DNA of 59,103 nt, filler included, from 8 parts of 8 records of this genome joined end to end with filler, not necessarily neighbours in it, one strand, 5' to 3'; counted from the first letter of the whole stretch, positions 10,468 to 21,553 are shown. Notes: generated by a model from the sequence alone, not told the origin. Made by a program: numbers and translations.

Positions 10468-11935
10468 TTTTGGAGCCTCGGGCGATTTAACCAAACGCAA
10501 ATTAATTCCGGCTCTGTTCGATTTATACAAACAAAATTTACTGCCCGAAAAATTTGCAGTTTTGGGAGCTTCGCGTTCTGCCCTCTCCGACGAGGATTTC
10601 AGAATTCGTTCAGAAGAGTTTTTACCTGAAAATGATAAATTAGTTGACGAGTTTAAACAGAAATTGTTTTACCAGCCGGTGCAAAATAACAGTGCCGACG
10701 ATTTTATTCCACTAAGAAACAGGTTAAACGAAATTTCTGAAGCCTTAAAAATTGAGCAGAACTTTGTTTTTTATTTGTCAACGCCACCTTCACTTTATTC
10801 GGTTATTCCAAAATTTCTATTTGAAAATGGTCTGTCGAAATCGAATCAATTTTTCAGGCGTCTGATAGTAGAAAAACCTTTCGGCACAAATATGGAAACA
10901 GCAAAAGAATTAAATGTTCAATTGTTGAACTATTTCTCGGAAAATCAGATTTACCGAATTGACCACTATCTTGGAAAAGAAACAGTTCAAAACTTGTTGG
11001 TTACCCGTTTTTCGAACGGAATTTTCGAACCGCTGTGGAATCGCCAGTACATTGAACGCGTTGAAATTACATCGGCAGAAAGCCTGGGTGTTGAAGGCCG
11101 TGGAGGCTATTACGACAATTCGGGAGCATTGCGCGACATGCTGCAAAATCACTTACTACAAGTAGCTGGTTTTGTTGCAATGGAACCTCCCGTTGTTGTT
11201 GAAGCCGATGCCATAAGAAACGAAATACTAAAGGTTTTTCAATCAATTAGGCCTATTTCCGAAACCGAAGTTCCGAAATACGCAGTACGTGGACAATACA
11301 CAGAATCAACGATAGCCGGAGACAAAATTCTGGGTTACCGCGACGAACCCGGAGTAGACCTACAATCTCGAACCGAAACCTTTGTTGCACTTAAATTTTT
11401 CATCGACAACTGGCGCTGGGCCGGTGTTCCTTTTTATATCCGCACCGGGAAAAAGCTTCCTACCCGTGTTACCGAAATTGTTATTCACTTCAGAAAAGTA
11501 CCACATCATTTATTTGGCGATTGCGGAAATCCGCAGTGCAACAACCAGTTAATAATTCGAATTCAGCCTGACGAAGGAATTCTGATGAAATTTGGAATGA
11601 AAACGCCGGGAGCAGGTTTTAATGTACAAACCGTAAACATGGATTTCCATTACACCGAACTTTCTGACAAAACAGTTCCGGCTGCTTACGAGCGTTTGCT
11701 TTTAGATTGCATGATCGGCGATGCAACCCTATATTCAAGGGGCGATGCTGTTGAGGCTGCCTGGAAATTTGTTCAGCCCATAATTAACGCATGGAGAAAT
11801 AATATGGACATTCCAATTTATGGATATCCGGCAGGAACCTGGGGCCCGGAAGAGTCGAAAAAGCTTATTACTGACGGAGATTGGAGATATCCTTGCAAAA
11901 ACTTAAGCGATGATGGTTTGTATTGTGAGCTTTAA
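10468..11935 (+). CDS. zwf: Glucose-6-phosphate 1-dehydrogenase (5' truncated)
   Basis: The frame is open from the contig edge (FGASGDLTKRKLIPALF); motifs EKPFG, RIDHYLGKE and WAGVPFYIRTGK. Confidence 0.97.
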
Positions 11936-11946
11936 TTACCATATAT

Positions 11947-12702
11947 TTGATAAAAATTAAACGCACAAGAATGGAATCCTTAACTGAAGTAAAAATTTTC
12001 GAAAGTCAGAAGAAAGTTTATAATGCCATTGCCAAAAGTATTTTAAAGCTAACACAAGATTCGCAACAGGAAGTTTTTGACATTGCGCTTTCAGGAGGCA
12101 ACTCTCCCAAAGGATTGTTCAAAAGAATGAGCAAAAAATACGGAGAAACAATTCCATGGGAACGCATTCATTTTTGGTGGGGCGACGAACGCTGTGTGGA
12201 GCCCGACAACGACCAGAGTAATTATAAAATGACAGTAGATTACCTTCTGTCGAATATCAACATACCAGACGAAAACATTCACAGAATAAGAGGCGAAGAA
12301 GAGCCAATTAAAGAAGCTGCGCGTTATTCAAAAGAAATGAGTGAATCACTGAATTCTCGTGGAAATATTCCGGTTTTCGATCTAATTATTTTGGGTTTAG
12401 GCGATGACGGACATACTGCATCTATCTTTCCTGACCAGCTAGAATTTTTAGAAAGCGAAAACAATTGCGCAGTAGCCCAGCATCCAATTACCGGGCAAAA
12501 CAGAATTACACTTACCGGAAACGTTTTAAACAATGCTAATCGAATTTACTTTTTGGTTAGCGGAAGAAACAAAGCAATGAGAGTTTCGGAAATTATGAAT
12601 GACAACGATGCCGCACAACTTCTTCCGGCCTATTACATTTCGCCAAAAAATGGCGAGCTAATTTGGTTTTTAGACGAGGCTGCTGCAGCTTTAATTTCGT
12701 AA
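11947..12702 (+). CDS. pgl: 6-phosphogluconolactonase
   Basis: ALSGGNSP, WGDERCV and LGLGDDGHTASIFP; follows zwf. The true start may be ATG 11971. Confidence 0.93.
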   Translation: MIKIKRTRMESLTEVKIFESQKKVYNAIAKSILKLTQDSQQEVFDIALSGGNSPKGLFKRMSKKYGETIPWERIHFWWGDERCVEPDNDQSNYKMTVDYLLSNINIPDENIHRIRGEEEPIKEAARYSKEMSESLNSRGNIPVFDLIILGLGDDGHTASIFPDQLEFLESENNCAVAQHPITGQNRITLTGNVLNNANRIYFLVSGRNKAMRVSEIMNDNDAAQLLPAYYISPKNGELIWFLDEAAAALIS

Positions 12703-12723
12703 CATAAATCACTCGCAACTATA

Positions 12724-13731
12724 TTATTTAGCCGGTTTTAATTTCAATACATTCTTTCCAAAACGAATTGTTTCGTTAATTACTTCGTCATAACAACCCG
12801 AGGTTAATTCGCAGGCAATCACATGTTCGCCGGCTTCAGGAAAGGCTTTTTTCACTTTTTTATCAGGAATTGCTCCAAGCCCATCGAACATTTCCAACAT
12901 GGCATCTACACGCACTGTCTGATCCTGGTTCTGTTCATCTTTATAATAATATCCCAGGAAAACAGGAGCAGTTACTTTTTTATAAGTTTCTTCTTTCATG
13001 GTAGCCTCAACCAACTGTTGCAAATACACCACTGCTTCTAAACGGTATTTACAATTCCAATACTGGCATCCTTTCGACTCAAAATCTTCGTTAGTTACCC
13101 GGTATTTTCCCCCCGTAACTTTTCTCCCTATTTGTAAGCCCCAAGGTTTCGAAAGTACAAAAGCAGTGCTGTTATTAATACGAATATTTGGAGAATAAAG
13201 AACCAATCCATCTACGTATTCAGGGAAATCGGCTGCCAATTTTAGCGCCAGTGTTCCTCCTGTTGAAGTACTCATAATTACTACTTTCTTCCCAAGACTC
13301 CGGGCTATCATTAAAGCTTCTTTTGCCGAGCTCCAAAGTTTATCTGGTTTCATATCTAACAAGGCATCTTCTGTTTCCAATCCGTGATCGTGTAAACGAG
13401 GAATGTATAAATTACAGCCAAAATGTTGGGCAAAATTTACATGTGCGGGATAACCCTCGTACCACGAAGCGGAAAATCCGTGCAAATACAACACACAGTA
13501 ATCTGTTCTTTCTTTCGATGATTCGTTGGCCCAAATTATCCGGGTTTCATTATCCGGTTTTATTGCAAAAGCGGCCTCTTTTTTAGCAATATAACTTTCA
13601 ATATTTCCAATACTTGCTGAAATTGAAGAAAGATCTTTATTTAATTCCGGCTTTGGAGGTTTAGGGCCGAGAATATAAATTAAAATTATTAGCAGGAACA
13701 ATATTCCTAAAAAGCGTTTTATGCGTTTCAT
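12724..13731 (-). CDS. Membrane-anchored alpha/beta hydrolase
   Basis: N-terminal TM segment, YLHGFSAS, STSTGG nucleophile elbow, C-terminal His (GEHV). Confidence 0.8.
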   Translation of the reverse strand: MKRIKRFLGILFLLIILIYILGPKPPKPELNKDLSSISASIGNIESYIAKKEAAFAIKPDNETRIIWANESSKERTDYCVLYLHGFSASWYEGYPAHVNFAQHFGCNLYIPRLHDHGLETEDALLDMKPDKLWSSAKEALMIARSLGKKVVIMSTSTGGTLALKLAADFPEYVDGLVLYSPNIRINNSTAFVLSKPWGLQIGRKVTGGKYRVTNEDFESKGCQYWNCKYRLEAVVYLQQLVEATMKEETYKKVTAPVFLGYYYKDEQNQDQTVRVDAMLEMFDGLGAIPDKKVKKAFPEAGEHVIACELTSGCYDEVINETIRFGKNVLKLKPAK

Positions 13732-13900
13732 AATGAAAAAAAGTTAACCGGAAATTAATTACAAAACGTAACAATTTACGGCGGTAATTATTTGCGACGA
13801 AAGATAAAAGAGATTATTGAGAAAACACAGCTTAAAGTGAAAATACATATATCGAAAGTAGAGATTTGAAAAATTGATTTACCCGATTGAGAAATCACTA

Positions 13901-15247
13901 TTATTCAACAAGAGTTCCTTCAATAACTTCGTCGTTATAGGTATTAGGCTCTTTTGTACCAACAGCAATATTAACACCTACCATTGCAGTTATACGTTTA
14001 GAATCTTTAAACGAAAAGGCCTGGATAACATTATCGGTAACACAAAACAAGTCAGTTCCGGGGAAGAAACGCAAACGAAAGCCCACTCCTAAATTATTAT
14101 AATTATACCCTGCAGAATAACTTGCCGAGGCAGAGAGTGCTCTTCCAATATTTCCATTCAAAGAAAGAGTAGCAGAAGCATTGTTTTCACCTCCATAAAA
14201 ATTACTATTTGCCACAACTCCACAATTCCACTTAGGAGAAAATTGGCGCAAGGCACCTACATACAGTCGAGTTGGTATACCAAAATTCACCTCTTCTTCA
14301 TACACTTTTATATTGTCGAAGTTTCCGTTTAAACGATATCCATTTTGCTTATAGCTTGAACGACCAATATTTAATACGCTGGCAGAAAAAAGCCAATCAT
14401 CGAGTTCGTATGAAATCCCCAGGTTTAAAGTAAAACTTGCATTTCTAAAAAAATCACCGGCTTTCAAATCATCATCCCATGCATCCGGGAGTAATCCTTC
14501 CTCCAGATCTAACTCATCTCCATTAATGGCATCCTGATTTATTTCGGTTGGCAAACCAACAAGAACTTCGCCTTGAAACGTCTCATCAAAAACAATTTCA
14601 CCATATTCATCAAGTCCATCAATATCAACCTCGTAACTCAATCCTTCAGTTTTAATACCAGCCACATTAAAATTAATATTTGGCGTAATTCCAATAGTTA
14701 AGTGTTCGGTTATCTTTCTGGCATAGGTAAATCCCATACTCATATAACTATTCTGAACTACATCAATACCTTCTACTTTTAATGGAAATTTATCGATGGA
14801 AAGATCTTCATAATCGGCCAGTAAATATGCCACCTCAGCTTCTGCATCAACCGATAATGAATTCTTAAACGAAAGATTAAAAGCGAAATATCCTTTCTCG
14901 TTAAGCTTGAACCCAAAAGAAAGCATATTGGCATTAAGTTCCGATAAAAACCGATTGGTGTTTCCTATGGAATTAACAAAATCATCGGGTTCGTACCCAT
15001 CAATTTTTAAGTTATCTAAAAAATTATCGAGTTCGTTATAAGTAAATCCGGTGTTGTATGCATTGGCCGATACTCCACCTATTCCGGGAAGCCCTATAAA
15101 AAAATTGGAACTGGGAATAAATGCCGGATTGTACTGCATTTTTTGAGGCACACCATCCATGTAATAAACTGTATTTTGAGCACGAGTTACAAAACAGCTT
15201 ATCAACAGAAACAACAGTATAGGTATTGCTAAACTTTTATAATTCAT
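13901..15247 (-). CDS. DUF5723-like outer-membrane protein
   Basis: Signal peptide, 'YNPAFIP...FFIGLPGIG' and C-terminal beta strands (LGVGFRL...TDNVI). Confidence 0.7.
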   Translation of the reverse strand: MNYKSLAIPILLFLLISCFVTRAQNTVYYMDGVPQKMQYNPAFIPSSNFFIGLPGIGGVSANAYNTGFTYNELDNFLDNLKIDGYEPDDFVNSIGNTNRFLSELNANMLSFGFKLNEKGYFAFNLSFKNSLSVDAEAEVAYLLADYEDLSIDKFPLKVEGIDVVQNSYMSMGFTYARKITEHLTIGITPNINFNVAGIKTEGLSYEVDIDGLDEYGEIVFDETFQGEVLVGLPTEINQDAINGDELDLEEGLLPDAWDDDLKAGDFFRNASFTLNLGISYELDDWLFSASVLNIGRSSYKQNGYRLNGNFDNIKVYEEEVNFGIPTRLYVGALRQFSPKWNCGVVANSNFYGGENNASATLSLNGNIGRALSASASYSAGYNYNNLGVGFRLRFFPGTDLFCVTDNVIQAFSFKDSKRITAMVGVNIAVGTKEPNTYNDEVIEGTLVE

Positions 15248-15376
15248 TTTTCAAGAAGTTAAGTTATATAGTAACATATAAGTTACGACATTTTCTCAAC
15301 TTTTGATACAAAAGCAGCAATAGTCATAGTTGAAATACTTCTTGTTCTGGATGAGCCATAAGAAAAGAAGAAAGCC

Positions 15377-16453
15377 TCAGAACTCGATAACCAACTGAAC
15401 AGCTTTTCCGGCTACAGTATCTTCAACAAAATTAGACAATGTAAGCCCCAACAAACGAATACCTTTTGCAAAGCCACCATCCAGTTTCATTAGTTTTTTA
15501 CTTTCACTAATAAAAAGCTCTTTCGTGTTAAAATACGGTTCTATGGTTTTACTTCGTGTGTGCTGTTCAAAATCGGCATATTTAAATTTAAGCGTAAGAG
15601 TTTTTGCCTTAACATCCGCCTTTTCTGTTCTTCCCCAAACCTTTTCAGCAATTTTTAGCAATTCCTCTTGTAAATCATTTTCTAAAAATAAATCGTGATG
15701 AAATGTGTTTTCTCCTCCCACAGATTTTCGTTCGCGGGAAGGTTGAACAGGGCGATTATCAATCCCACGGCAAATATTGTAGAAGTAATTTCCTGCTTTG
15801 CCAAACAAACGGACCAATTCCAGTCGTTCAATCTTTTTTAAATCGCGACCAAACCAAATTCCCATTTTGTTTAACTTTTCGGCGGTAACTTTACCAATAC
15901 CGAAAAACTTTCGTACTTCCAGTTCGTCGATAAACTCCTGAGCTGATTCCGGCGTTACCACAAAAATTCCGTTGGGTTTGTTTACATCGGAAGCCACTTT
16001 TGCCAAAAATTTGTTGTACGAAACTCCGGCAGAAGCAGTTAGATTCGTTTCTTCAAAAATTCGTTGTTTTATCTCGCGTGCAATTAATGTTGCCGAAGGT
16101 TTTCCTTTTTTCGCAAACGTTACATCCAGGTATGCTTCATCGAGTGAAAGCGGTTCTACAAGATCGGTGTACTCAAAAAATACATCACGGATTTTACCGG
16201 AAATTTCCTTGTACCGCTCGAAACGATGTTTTACAAAAATCAGGTCGGGGCACTTTCGTTTTGCAACTTGCGACGACATTGCAGAACGCACACCAAATTT
16301 TCGAGCCTCGTAACTGGCAGCGGCAACTACCCCACGCTCGCCCGATCCTCCTACTACAACGGGTTTCCCTCTCAATTCAGAATTATCTAATTGCTCAACC
16401 GATGCAAAGAAAGCATCCATGTCAACATGAATTATTTTCCGTTTGTGTTCCAA
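15377..16453 (-). CDS. dinB: DNA polymerase IV
   Basis: IIHVDMDAFFASVE, SLDEAYLD, KFLAKVASD, IRLLGL. Confidence 0.97.
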   Translation of the reverse strand: MEHKRKIIHVDMDAFFASVEQLDNSELRGKPVVVGGSGERGVVAAASYEARKFGVRSAMSSQVAKRKCPDLIFVKHRFERYKEISGKIRDVFFEYTDLVEPLSLDEAYLDVTFAKKGKPSATLIAREIKQRIFEETNLTASAGVSYNKFLAKVASDVNKPNGIFVVTPESAQEFIDELEVRKFFGIGKVTAEKLNKMGIWFGRDLKKIERLELVRLFGKAGNYFYNICRGIDNRPVQPSRERKSVGGENTFHHDLFLENDLQEELLKIAEKVWGRTEKADVKAKTLTLKFKYADFEQHTRSKTIEPYFNTKELFISESKKLMKLDGGFAKGIRLLGLTLSNFVEDTVAGKAVQLVIEF

Positions 16454-16496
16454 TTCCTATTAACCCAGTTTATTATTCGCGTAAAAGTACAAAATC

Positions 16497-16526
16497 AAAA
16501 AAGCTGTCTAAATCAAGACAGCTTTT
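16497..16526 (-). terminator. Rho-independent terminator after the OmpA gene
   Basis: Hairpin AAAAGCTGTCT-AAATCA-AGACAGCTTTT with a T-run on the minus strand. Confidence 0.75.
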
Positions 16527-16547
16527 CAAAAAAAATTATGTGTACTT

Positions 16548-18092
16548 CTATTCTATTTTTAAAATTTTAAAGGTAGTTCTGCGGTTCTTACGATGTTCCT
16601 CTTCTGTACAAGAAACTCCATCGTCGCATTTATTTACCAGCTTAGTTTCGCCATATCCTTTAGCAACAATTCTGTCTTCTGATATGCCGTTATTCACTAT
16701 GTATGCAACTGATGATTTCGAACGTTTTTCACTCAGCACTTTATTGTACTTATCAGAGCCTCTGCAATCTGTATGCGAGCCTAACTCAACTTTCCATCCC
16801 GAATTTCGATTCATCTCACGAACCAGTTTATCCAGTTCTATTTCCGATTCAGGAAGTATATCCCATTTATCGAAATCGTAATAAATATTTTCCATAACAA
16901 ATTCGGCTTCTACCTTAGGCTTCTGAATCCATAATATTTCTTTTATTACACCAAATGCTTGTCCCGTAGTATTTATTTCTTTCGAATCATTAACGTATCC
17001 TTCCATATCGGTTTCAACAGAATATTTAGTTTGGAATGCCAACTCTGTTTTAAACACTCCGCTCTTTGCAACCATCGGTTTCCCGTTAAATAAAAGCTTT
17101 ACGTTCTTAACCGGCTGATTCGATTCCTTCTCCATTACTGTTAACTCCAGGTCATATTTACCTTCAATCAGGTTAACTTTATAAATGTCATCATGTCCAA
17201 CACCATCACTTCTGCTATCAGATGTATAATAACCGAAGTTCTTTTCAGGATGAATAACAAAAGCAAAATCATCGCCTTCGGTATTTAAACGCTTAATCGG
17301 AGAAGGCTCAATTACCTTACCATCGAAAACGCCTGCATGATACAGGTCTAAATCAGCTCCGGTTTTTCGTCCATTACTTGCAAATATTAATATTTTGCTT
17401 TTATACATAAATGGGAACATATCGTTGCCGGCAGTATTTATTTTATCTCCCAGATTTATCATTTCGCCCCATTCTCCATTATCTCTAACAGCCATATAAA
17501 TATCGGTACCACCATAACCTTTCTCCGGAATATCTGATGCAAAATATAAAGTATCTCCCGTTACCGAAATTGCGGGATGCCCAACAGAATATTTTGAACT
17601 ATTATAGGGCAGTTCACCTACTTGTTCCCAAACACCATTAACCTTTTTGGCAATTATAATTTTCAGGCCAATATTTGCCTTTTGGAAAATTTTATTTTTA
17701 ATATCAGGATTATCATAATTGCTTAGAGTTGCGAAAAGTTCACCTGTTGCCTCGCAATACGATACTGAACTTTCATGGTAACCTTCGCTCAATGCTTCCA
17801 TTTTAAGACTCTTTTCGCCAATAATTTTACCATCAGCACCGAGTTTTGTTGAATACAAATTATAAAACACCCCTTTCTTAACTCCACGGTTCAGTTTCTT
17901 AATTTCACTCTCGGTATAGGCAGAATACCATAACTCGTCGAGGACAAAGGCTGGCCCAAAATCACTATGCCCTGTGTTAACACTTGTTTCCTCAACCTCT
18001 AATTCGACCATTTTTTCGAAGAAAACACATTTTTGCTGAGCAGTTAATAACAACGGCAAAATACCGAGCAGAAGTAGACATACTCTTTTCAT
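16548..18092 (-). CDS. OmpA-family protein with PD40/WD40-like repeats (PorE-like)
   Basis: GHPAIS..GDTLYFASD..GGTDIY repeats; C-terminal OmpA domain (IYYDFDK...SHTDCRG...NRRTTF). Confidence 0.9.
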   Translation of the reverse strand: MKRVCLLLLGILPLLLTAQQKCVFFEKMVELEVEETSVNTGHSDFGPAFVLDELWYSAYTESEIKKLNRGVKKGVFYNLYSTKLGADGKIIGEKSLKMEALSEGYHESSVSYCEATGELFATLSNYDNPDIKNKIFQKANIGLKIIIAKKVNGVWEQVGELPYNSSKYSVGHPAISVTGDTLYFASDIPEKGYGGTDIYMAVRDNGEWGEMINLGDKINTAGNDMFPFMYKSKILIFASNGRKTGADLDLYHAGVFDGKVIEPSPIKRLNTEGDDFAFVIHPEKNFGYYTSDSRSDGVGHDDIYKVNLIEGKYDLELTVMEKESNQPVKNVKLLFNGKPMVAKSGVFKTELAFQTKYSVETDMEGYVNDSKEINTTGQAFGVIKEILWIQKPKVEAEFVMENIYYDFDKWDILPESEIELDKLVREMNRNSGWKVELGSHTDCRGSDKYNKVLSEKRSKSSVAYIVNNGISEDRIVAKGYGETKLVNKCDDGVSCTEEEHRKNRRTTFKILKIE

Positions 18093-18255
18093 AATTGTAT
18101 CATTTTAGGATTACAAAGACAACTATTACATACATAAACTAACATAACAAATATTAAGAAGCACTACCCCCTTAATACGACCCTTATTTTTCATGTAATA
18201 AAAAAAGAGATTTATTACATAATCATGTCGAAGTTAGTTTATTTTAACTTAACAG

Positions 18256-19665
18256 TCAAGCCTTTTTGCTGAGCAATACCACATTCTCAACATGATGAGT
18301 GTGTGGAAACATGTCTACCGGTTGAATTTTCTCAATTTGGTACAAATCGCCAAGTAAAGCAAGGTCGCGAGCCTGAGTTGCCGGATTACAACTTACGTAA
18401 ACAATTTTTTCAGGGCTAATACGTAAAATTGTCTCAACAACATCGGCATGCATTCCTGCACGTGGAGGATCGGTAATAATCACATCCGGCTGTCCGTTTT
18501 CATGTACGAACTGGTCGTTTAAAACAGCTTTCATGTCGCCGGCATAGAAACTTGTGTTCTCTATTTTATTATATTCCGAATTAACTTTAGCATCTTCAAT
18601 GGCCTCGGGAACATATTCAATTCCTACAACTTTTTTTGCATTTTTTGCCACAAAATTGGCAATGGTTCCGGTACCCGTATATAAATCATATACCACCTCT
18701 GAACCTGTTAATCCGGCAAATTCGCGTGTTACCTTATATAAATTATATGCTTGTTCTGAATTGGTTTGATAAAAACTTTTAGGGCCTATTTTAAAACGAA
18801 TCCCTTCCATTTCTTCCCAAATATGATTAGAGCCCGAATATACTTCAATATTCTGATCGGTAATTGTATCGTTACCCTTCGAATTGATTACATATAATAA
18901 TGATGTTATTTCCGGGAACTCATTTTTTATGGCCTCCAATAGTCCAACACGCATCGGTTCATCTTCGTGATAGAATGAAACAATAAGCATAAGTTCTCCG
19001 GTTGAACTGGTACGAATAATCAGGGTACGCAAAAATCCTTGTTGCTCCCTAATATCAAAGAATGGAAGCTTGTTTTGTATTGCGTAACTGCATATAAAGT
19101 TTCTGATTTTATTGGAAGGTTCCGGCTGCAACCAACATTTATCTATATTAACTACTTTATCAAACAAGCCCGGCACATGAAAACCAAGTGCTTCCGGATT
19201 ATCAATCTCATTACCTGCCTCAATTTCCTCGTATGATAGCCAACGTTTATTAGAAAATGTAAATTCTAATTTATTTCGGTAGAAAGTATTTTTCTCAGAA
19301 CCAAGAATGGAAGAAACTTCAGGTAATTCAAGCCTTCCAATTCGGGTTAGTTGATCTTCAACTTGCTTTTGTTTATAGAATAGTTGCTTTTCGTAAGGAA
19401 GAAGCTGCCATTTACAGCCACCACAAACACCAAAGTGTGAACAGAAGGGCTCTACCCTATCCGATGAATATTCACGATAATTGGTAATGTATCCTTCCCA
19501 TTTCTTTCGTTTTTTAGTTACCTGTACATCTACAACATCGCCAGGAATTGCAAGTTTGGTAAAAACTACCATATCGTTCACACGGGCAATTGCTTTTCCT
19601 TCTGCGCCAATATCTTCTATTTTAATATTCTCGTAAAAAGGCTTCTTTCTGTTTCGTCTTCCCAT
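18256..19665 (-). CDS. rlmD: 23S rRNA (uracil1939-C5)-methyltransferase
   Basis: TRAM domain, CSHFGVCGGC cluster motif, SFYQTN, DPPRAG, YVSCNPATQARD, DMFPHTHHVE. Confidence 0.95.
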   Translation of the reverse strand: MGRRNRKKPFYENIKIEDIGAEGKAIARVNDMVVFTKLAIPGDVVDVQVTKKRKKWEGYITNYREYSSDRVEPFCSHFGVCGGCKWQLLPYEKQLFYKQKQVEDQLTRIGRLELPEVSSILGSEKNTFYRNKLEFTFSNKRWLSYEEIEAGNEIDNPEALGFHVPGLFDKVVNIDKCWLQPEPSNKIRNFICSYAIQNKLPFFDIREQQGFLRTLIIRTSSTGELMLIVSFYHEDEPMRVGLLEAIKNEFPEITSLLYVINSKGNDTITDQNIEVYSGSNHIWEEMEGIRFKIGPKSFYQTNSEQAYNLYKVTREFAGLTGSEVVYDLYTGTGTIANFVAKNAKKVVGIEYVPEAIEDAKVNSEYNKIENTSFYAGDMKAVLNDQFVHENGQPDVIITDPPRAGMHADVVETILRISPEKIVYVSCNPATQARDLALLGDLYQIEKIQPVDMFPHTHHVENVVLLSKKA

Positions 19666-19877
19666 CGTTTAAAATTTTGTGCAAATATAATTTAATATCC
19701 TACATATCAATACACTATAAGAACATCTCGATTCCCAAAAAAAAATCAACTTTCCCATTATGGGAAAACGAACCGTTTTTGCTTACACTAAAGCATTTTT
19801 ATGTTTGGTTTGACTTTCGAATAACAATCATTTCCTTATATTTGCTCATGATTTAATGGTTGGTTTTATTTTCAATA

Positions 19878-19977
19878 NNNNNNNNNNNNNNNNNNNNNNN
19901 NNNNNNNNNNNNNNNNNNNNNTTAATTAATTAANNNNNNNNNNNNNNNNNNNNNNNNNNNNNNNNNNNNNNNNNNNN
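19878..19977. other. Artificial contig spacer
   Basis: N-run with TTAATTAATTAA linker. Confidence 0.98.
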
Positions 19978-20078
19978 CCCCATAATTATTCTAGAATTAA
20001 GAAGAGATGTTAGGATATTTTCTGAATTTAATTTATGGGAAATACTTAAACCAAATTTTGTTATACGAGGTGTAATCA

Positions 20079-20777
20079 ATGCTTGAAGAACTTAAAAAGA
20101 AGGTATACGATGCGAATTTAGCGCTTGTCAATTTAGGATTGGTACTGTTTACATGGGGTAATGTAAGTGCAATAGACAGAAAAAAAGGATTAATTGTGAT
20201 TAAACCCAGTGGGGTTGCGTATGAAATCATGAAATGGTCGGATATGACTGTGGTTGATTTTGATGGGAATATTGTAGAAGGAGAGTACCGGCCTTCATCT
20301 GATACGCCAACACATCTTGAGATTTATAAATCGTTTGATACAGGAAGCGTTGTGCATACACATTCAAAATGGGCTACAATTTGGTCTCAGACAGGAAAGA
20401 GTATTCCTTTCTTAGGAACAACGCATGCCGATAATTTTTATGGTGATATACCTAATACGAGAATTTTAACGGAAAAAGAGATAAAAGGCGAATATGAAAA
20501 GAAAACGGGTAGTGTAATTGTTGAGACATTTAACAATATGAATATTGACCCCAGATCAGTACCGGGCGTATTGGTAAACAATCATGGACCTTTTACATGG
20601 GGGGATACTCCTGAAAAGTCTGTGGAGAATGCGGCTGTTCTGGAATACATATCAGAGATGGCATATTATACATTAGAAATAAATAGTAAAGCAAACATGA
20701 ATCAGTCCTTGTTGGATAAGCATTTTCTGCGTAAGCATGGGAAAAATGCTTATTACGGGCAAAAATCGGGAGATTGA
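20079..20777 (+). CDS. araD: L-ribulose-5-phosphate 4-epimerase
   Basis: FTWGNVS, IKPSGV, PSSDTPTH, VVHTHS, TTHAD, HGPFTWG, RKHGKNAYYGQ; GAGGTG RBS. Confidence 0.95.
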   Translation: MLEELKKKVYDANLALVNLGLVLFTWGNVSAIDRKKGLIVIKPSGVAYEIMKWSDMTVVDFDGNIVEGEYRPSSDTPTHLEIYKSFDTGSVVHTHSKWATIWSQTGKSIPFLGTTHADNFYGDIPNTRILTEKEIKGEYEKKTGSVIVETFNNMNIDPRSVPGVLVNNHGPFTWGDTPEKSVENAAVLEYISEMAYYTLEINSKANMNQSLLDKHFLRKHGKNAYYGQKSGD

Positions 20778-21083
20778 AGTATAGACAATAATTGAGCGAT
20801 TTCGGCTCAAGTTTCAAAGGTGCTTTTTGTAATGTTACACTAAAACGTACAATAGAAATGGGGCTATAATACGAGCACTTTCGCGTTTGCTCGTGAAAAC
20901 CAGCTCAAAAAGCCAGCTTAAATGTCAGTAAAAATTAATTTTACAGCCATATCTCAGTTTTGCTAAAATGTTAGTGGAAATGAGGCGGGGTAGTGTGCTT
21001 ATTATTAGATTTTTAGAAAACACCACTCAATAGCAAAAACATAGTAAAATATTGGGGGAGGATAAACGCTAAATTCCTCCCCT

Positions 21084-21257
21084 ATTTATGATGAAACTTT
21101 TAGTTCAACAGATAAATTCATAAATGATATTGATGAATTTATTTACTACTACAATAACATTATAATCAAATAAAGGCTTGACGGTTTGAATCCTATTCAG
21201 TATAGTTATAATATACTGACAGCACTTAAATAAGTTCAACTTTTGGGCGGCGGTGCA
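21084..21257 (+). mobile_element. IS3-family (IS150-like) transposase 3' remnant with right terminal repeat
   Basis: Translates as IYDETFSSTDKFINDIDEFIYYYNNIIIK*RLDGLNPIQY, like the IS3 OrfB C-terminus (YI.YYN..RIK..L.G.SP..YR) with an internal stop. It is followed by GTTCAACTTTTGGGCGGCGGTGCA, which ends in CA like IS3-family ends. Confidence 0.75.
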
Positions 21258-21414
21258 TAATTTTTAACTCAGCTTGACTATTTAACAAGTTAATGAAATC
21301 GCTGGCTCCATTGATTTTATGGGGTGGGGCATTATAATCATTTTTAAGAATCTACATACTTTTTTTCACATATTACATAACATTAAAACAAAAATGAATA
21401 TATATATGCTAATA

Positions 21415-21553
21415 TGTATTACAAACAACAATTAATATGTATTACAAATAATGCAAATAAGGTATTGACATATAGAAAGTTAAGGTATAATATATAAATA
21501 GACAAAATGTGTATTACAAATATGAACCCGCTTAACGTTTTATGTATTACAAA
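21415..21553 (+). promoter_or_regulatory. Sigma70 promoter flanked by four identical operator boxes TGTATTACAAA
   Basis: Boxes start at 21415, 21438, 21510 and 21543. TTGACA (21465-21470) plus 17 bp plus TAATAT (21488-21493) lies between boxes 2 and 3. Confidence 0.8.

Noticed and set aside
16000-16881. 293-aa plus-strand ORF
   Set aside because: It is antisense to dinB and the OmpA gene, crosses their terminator and has no recognisable motifs; a shadow ORF.
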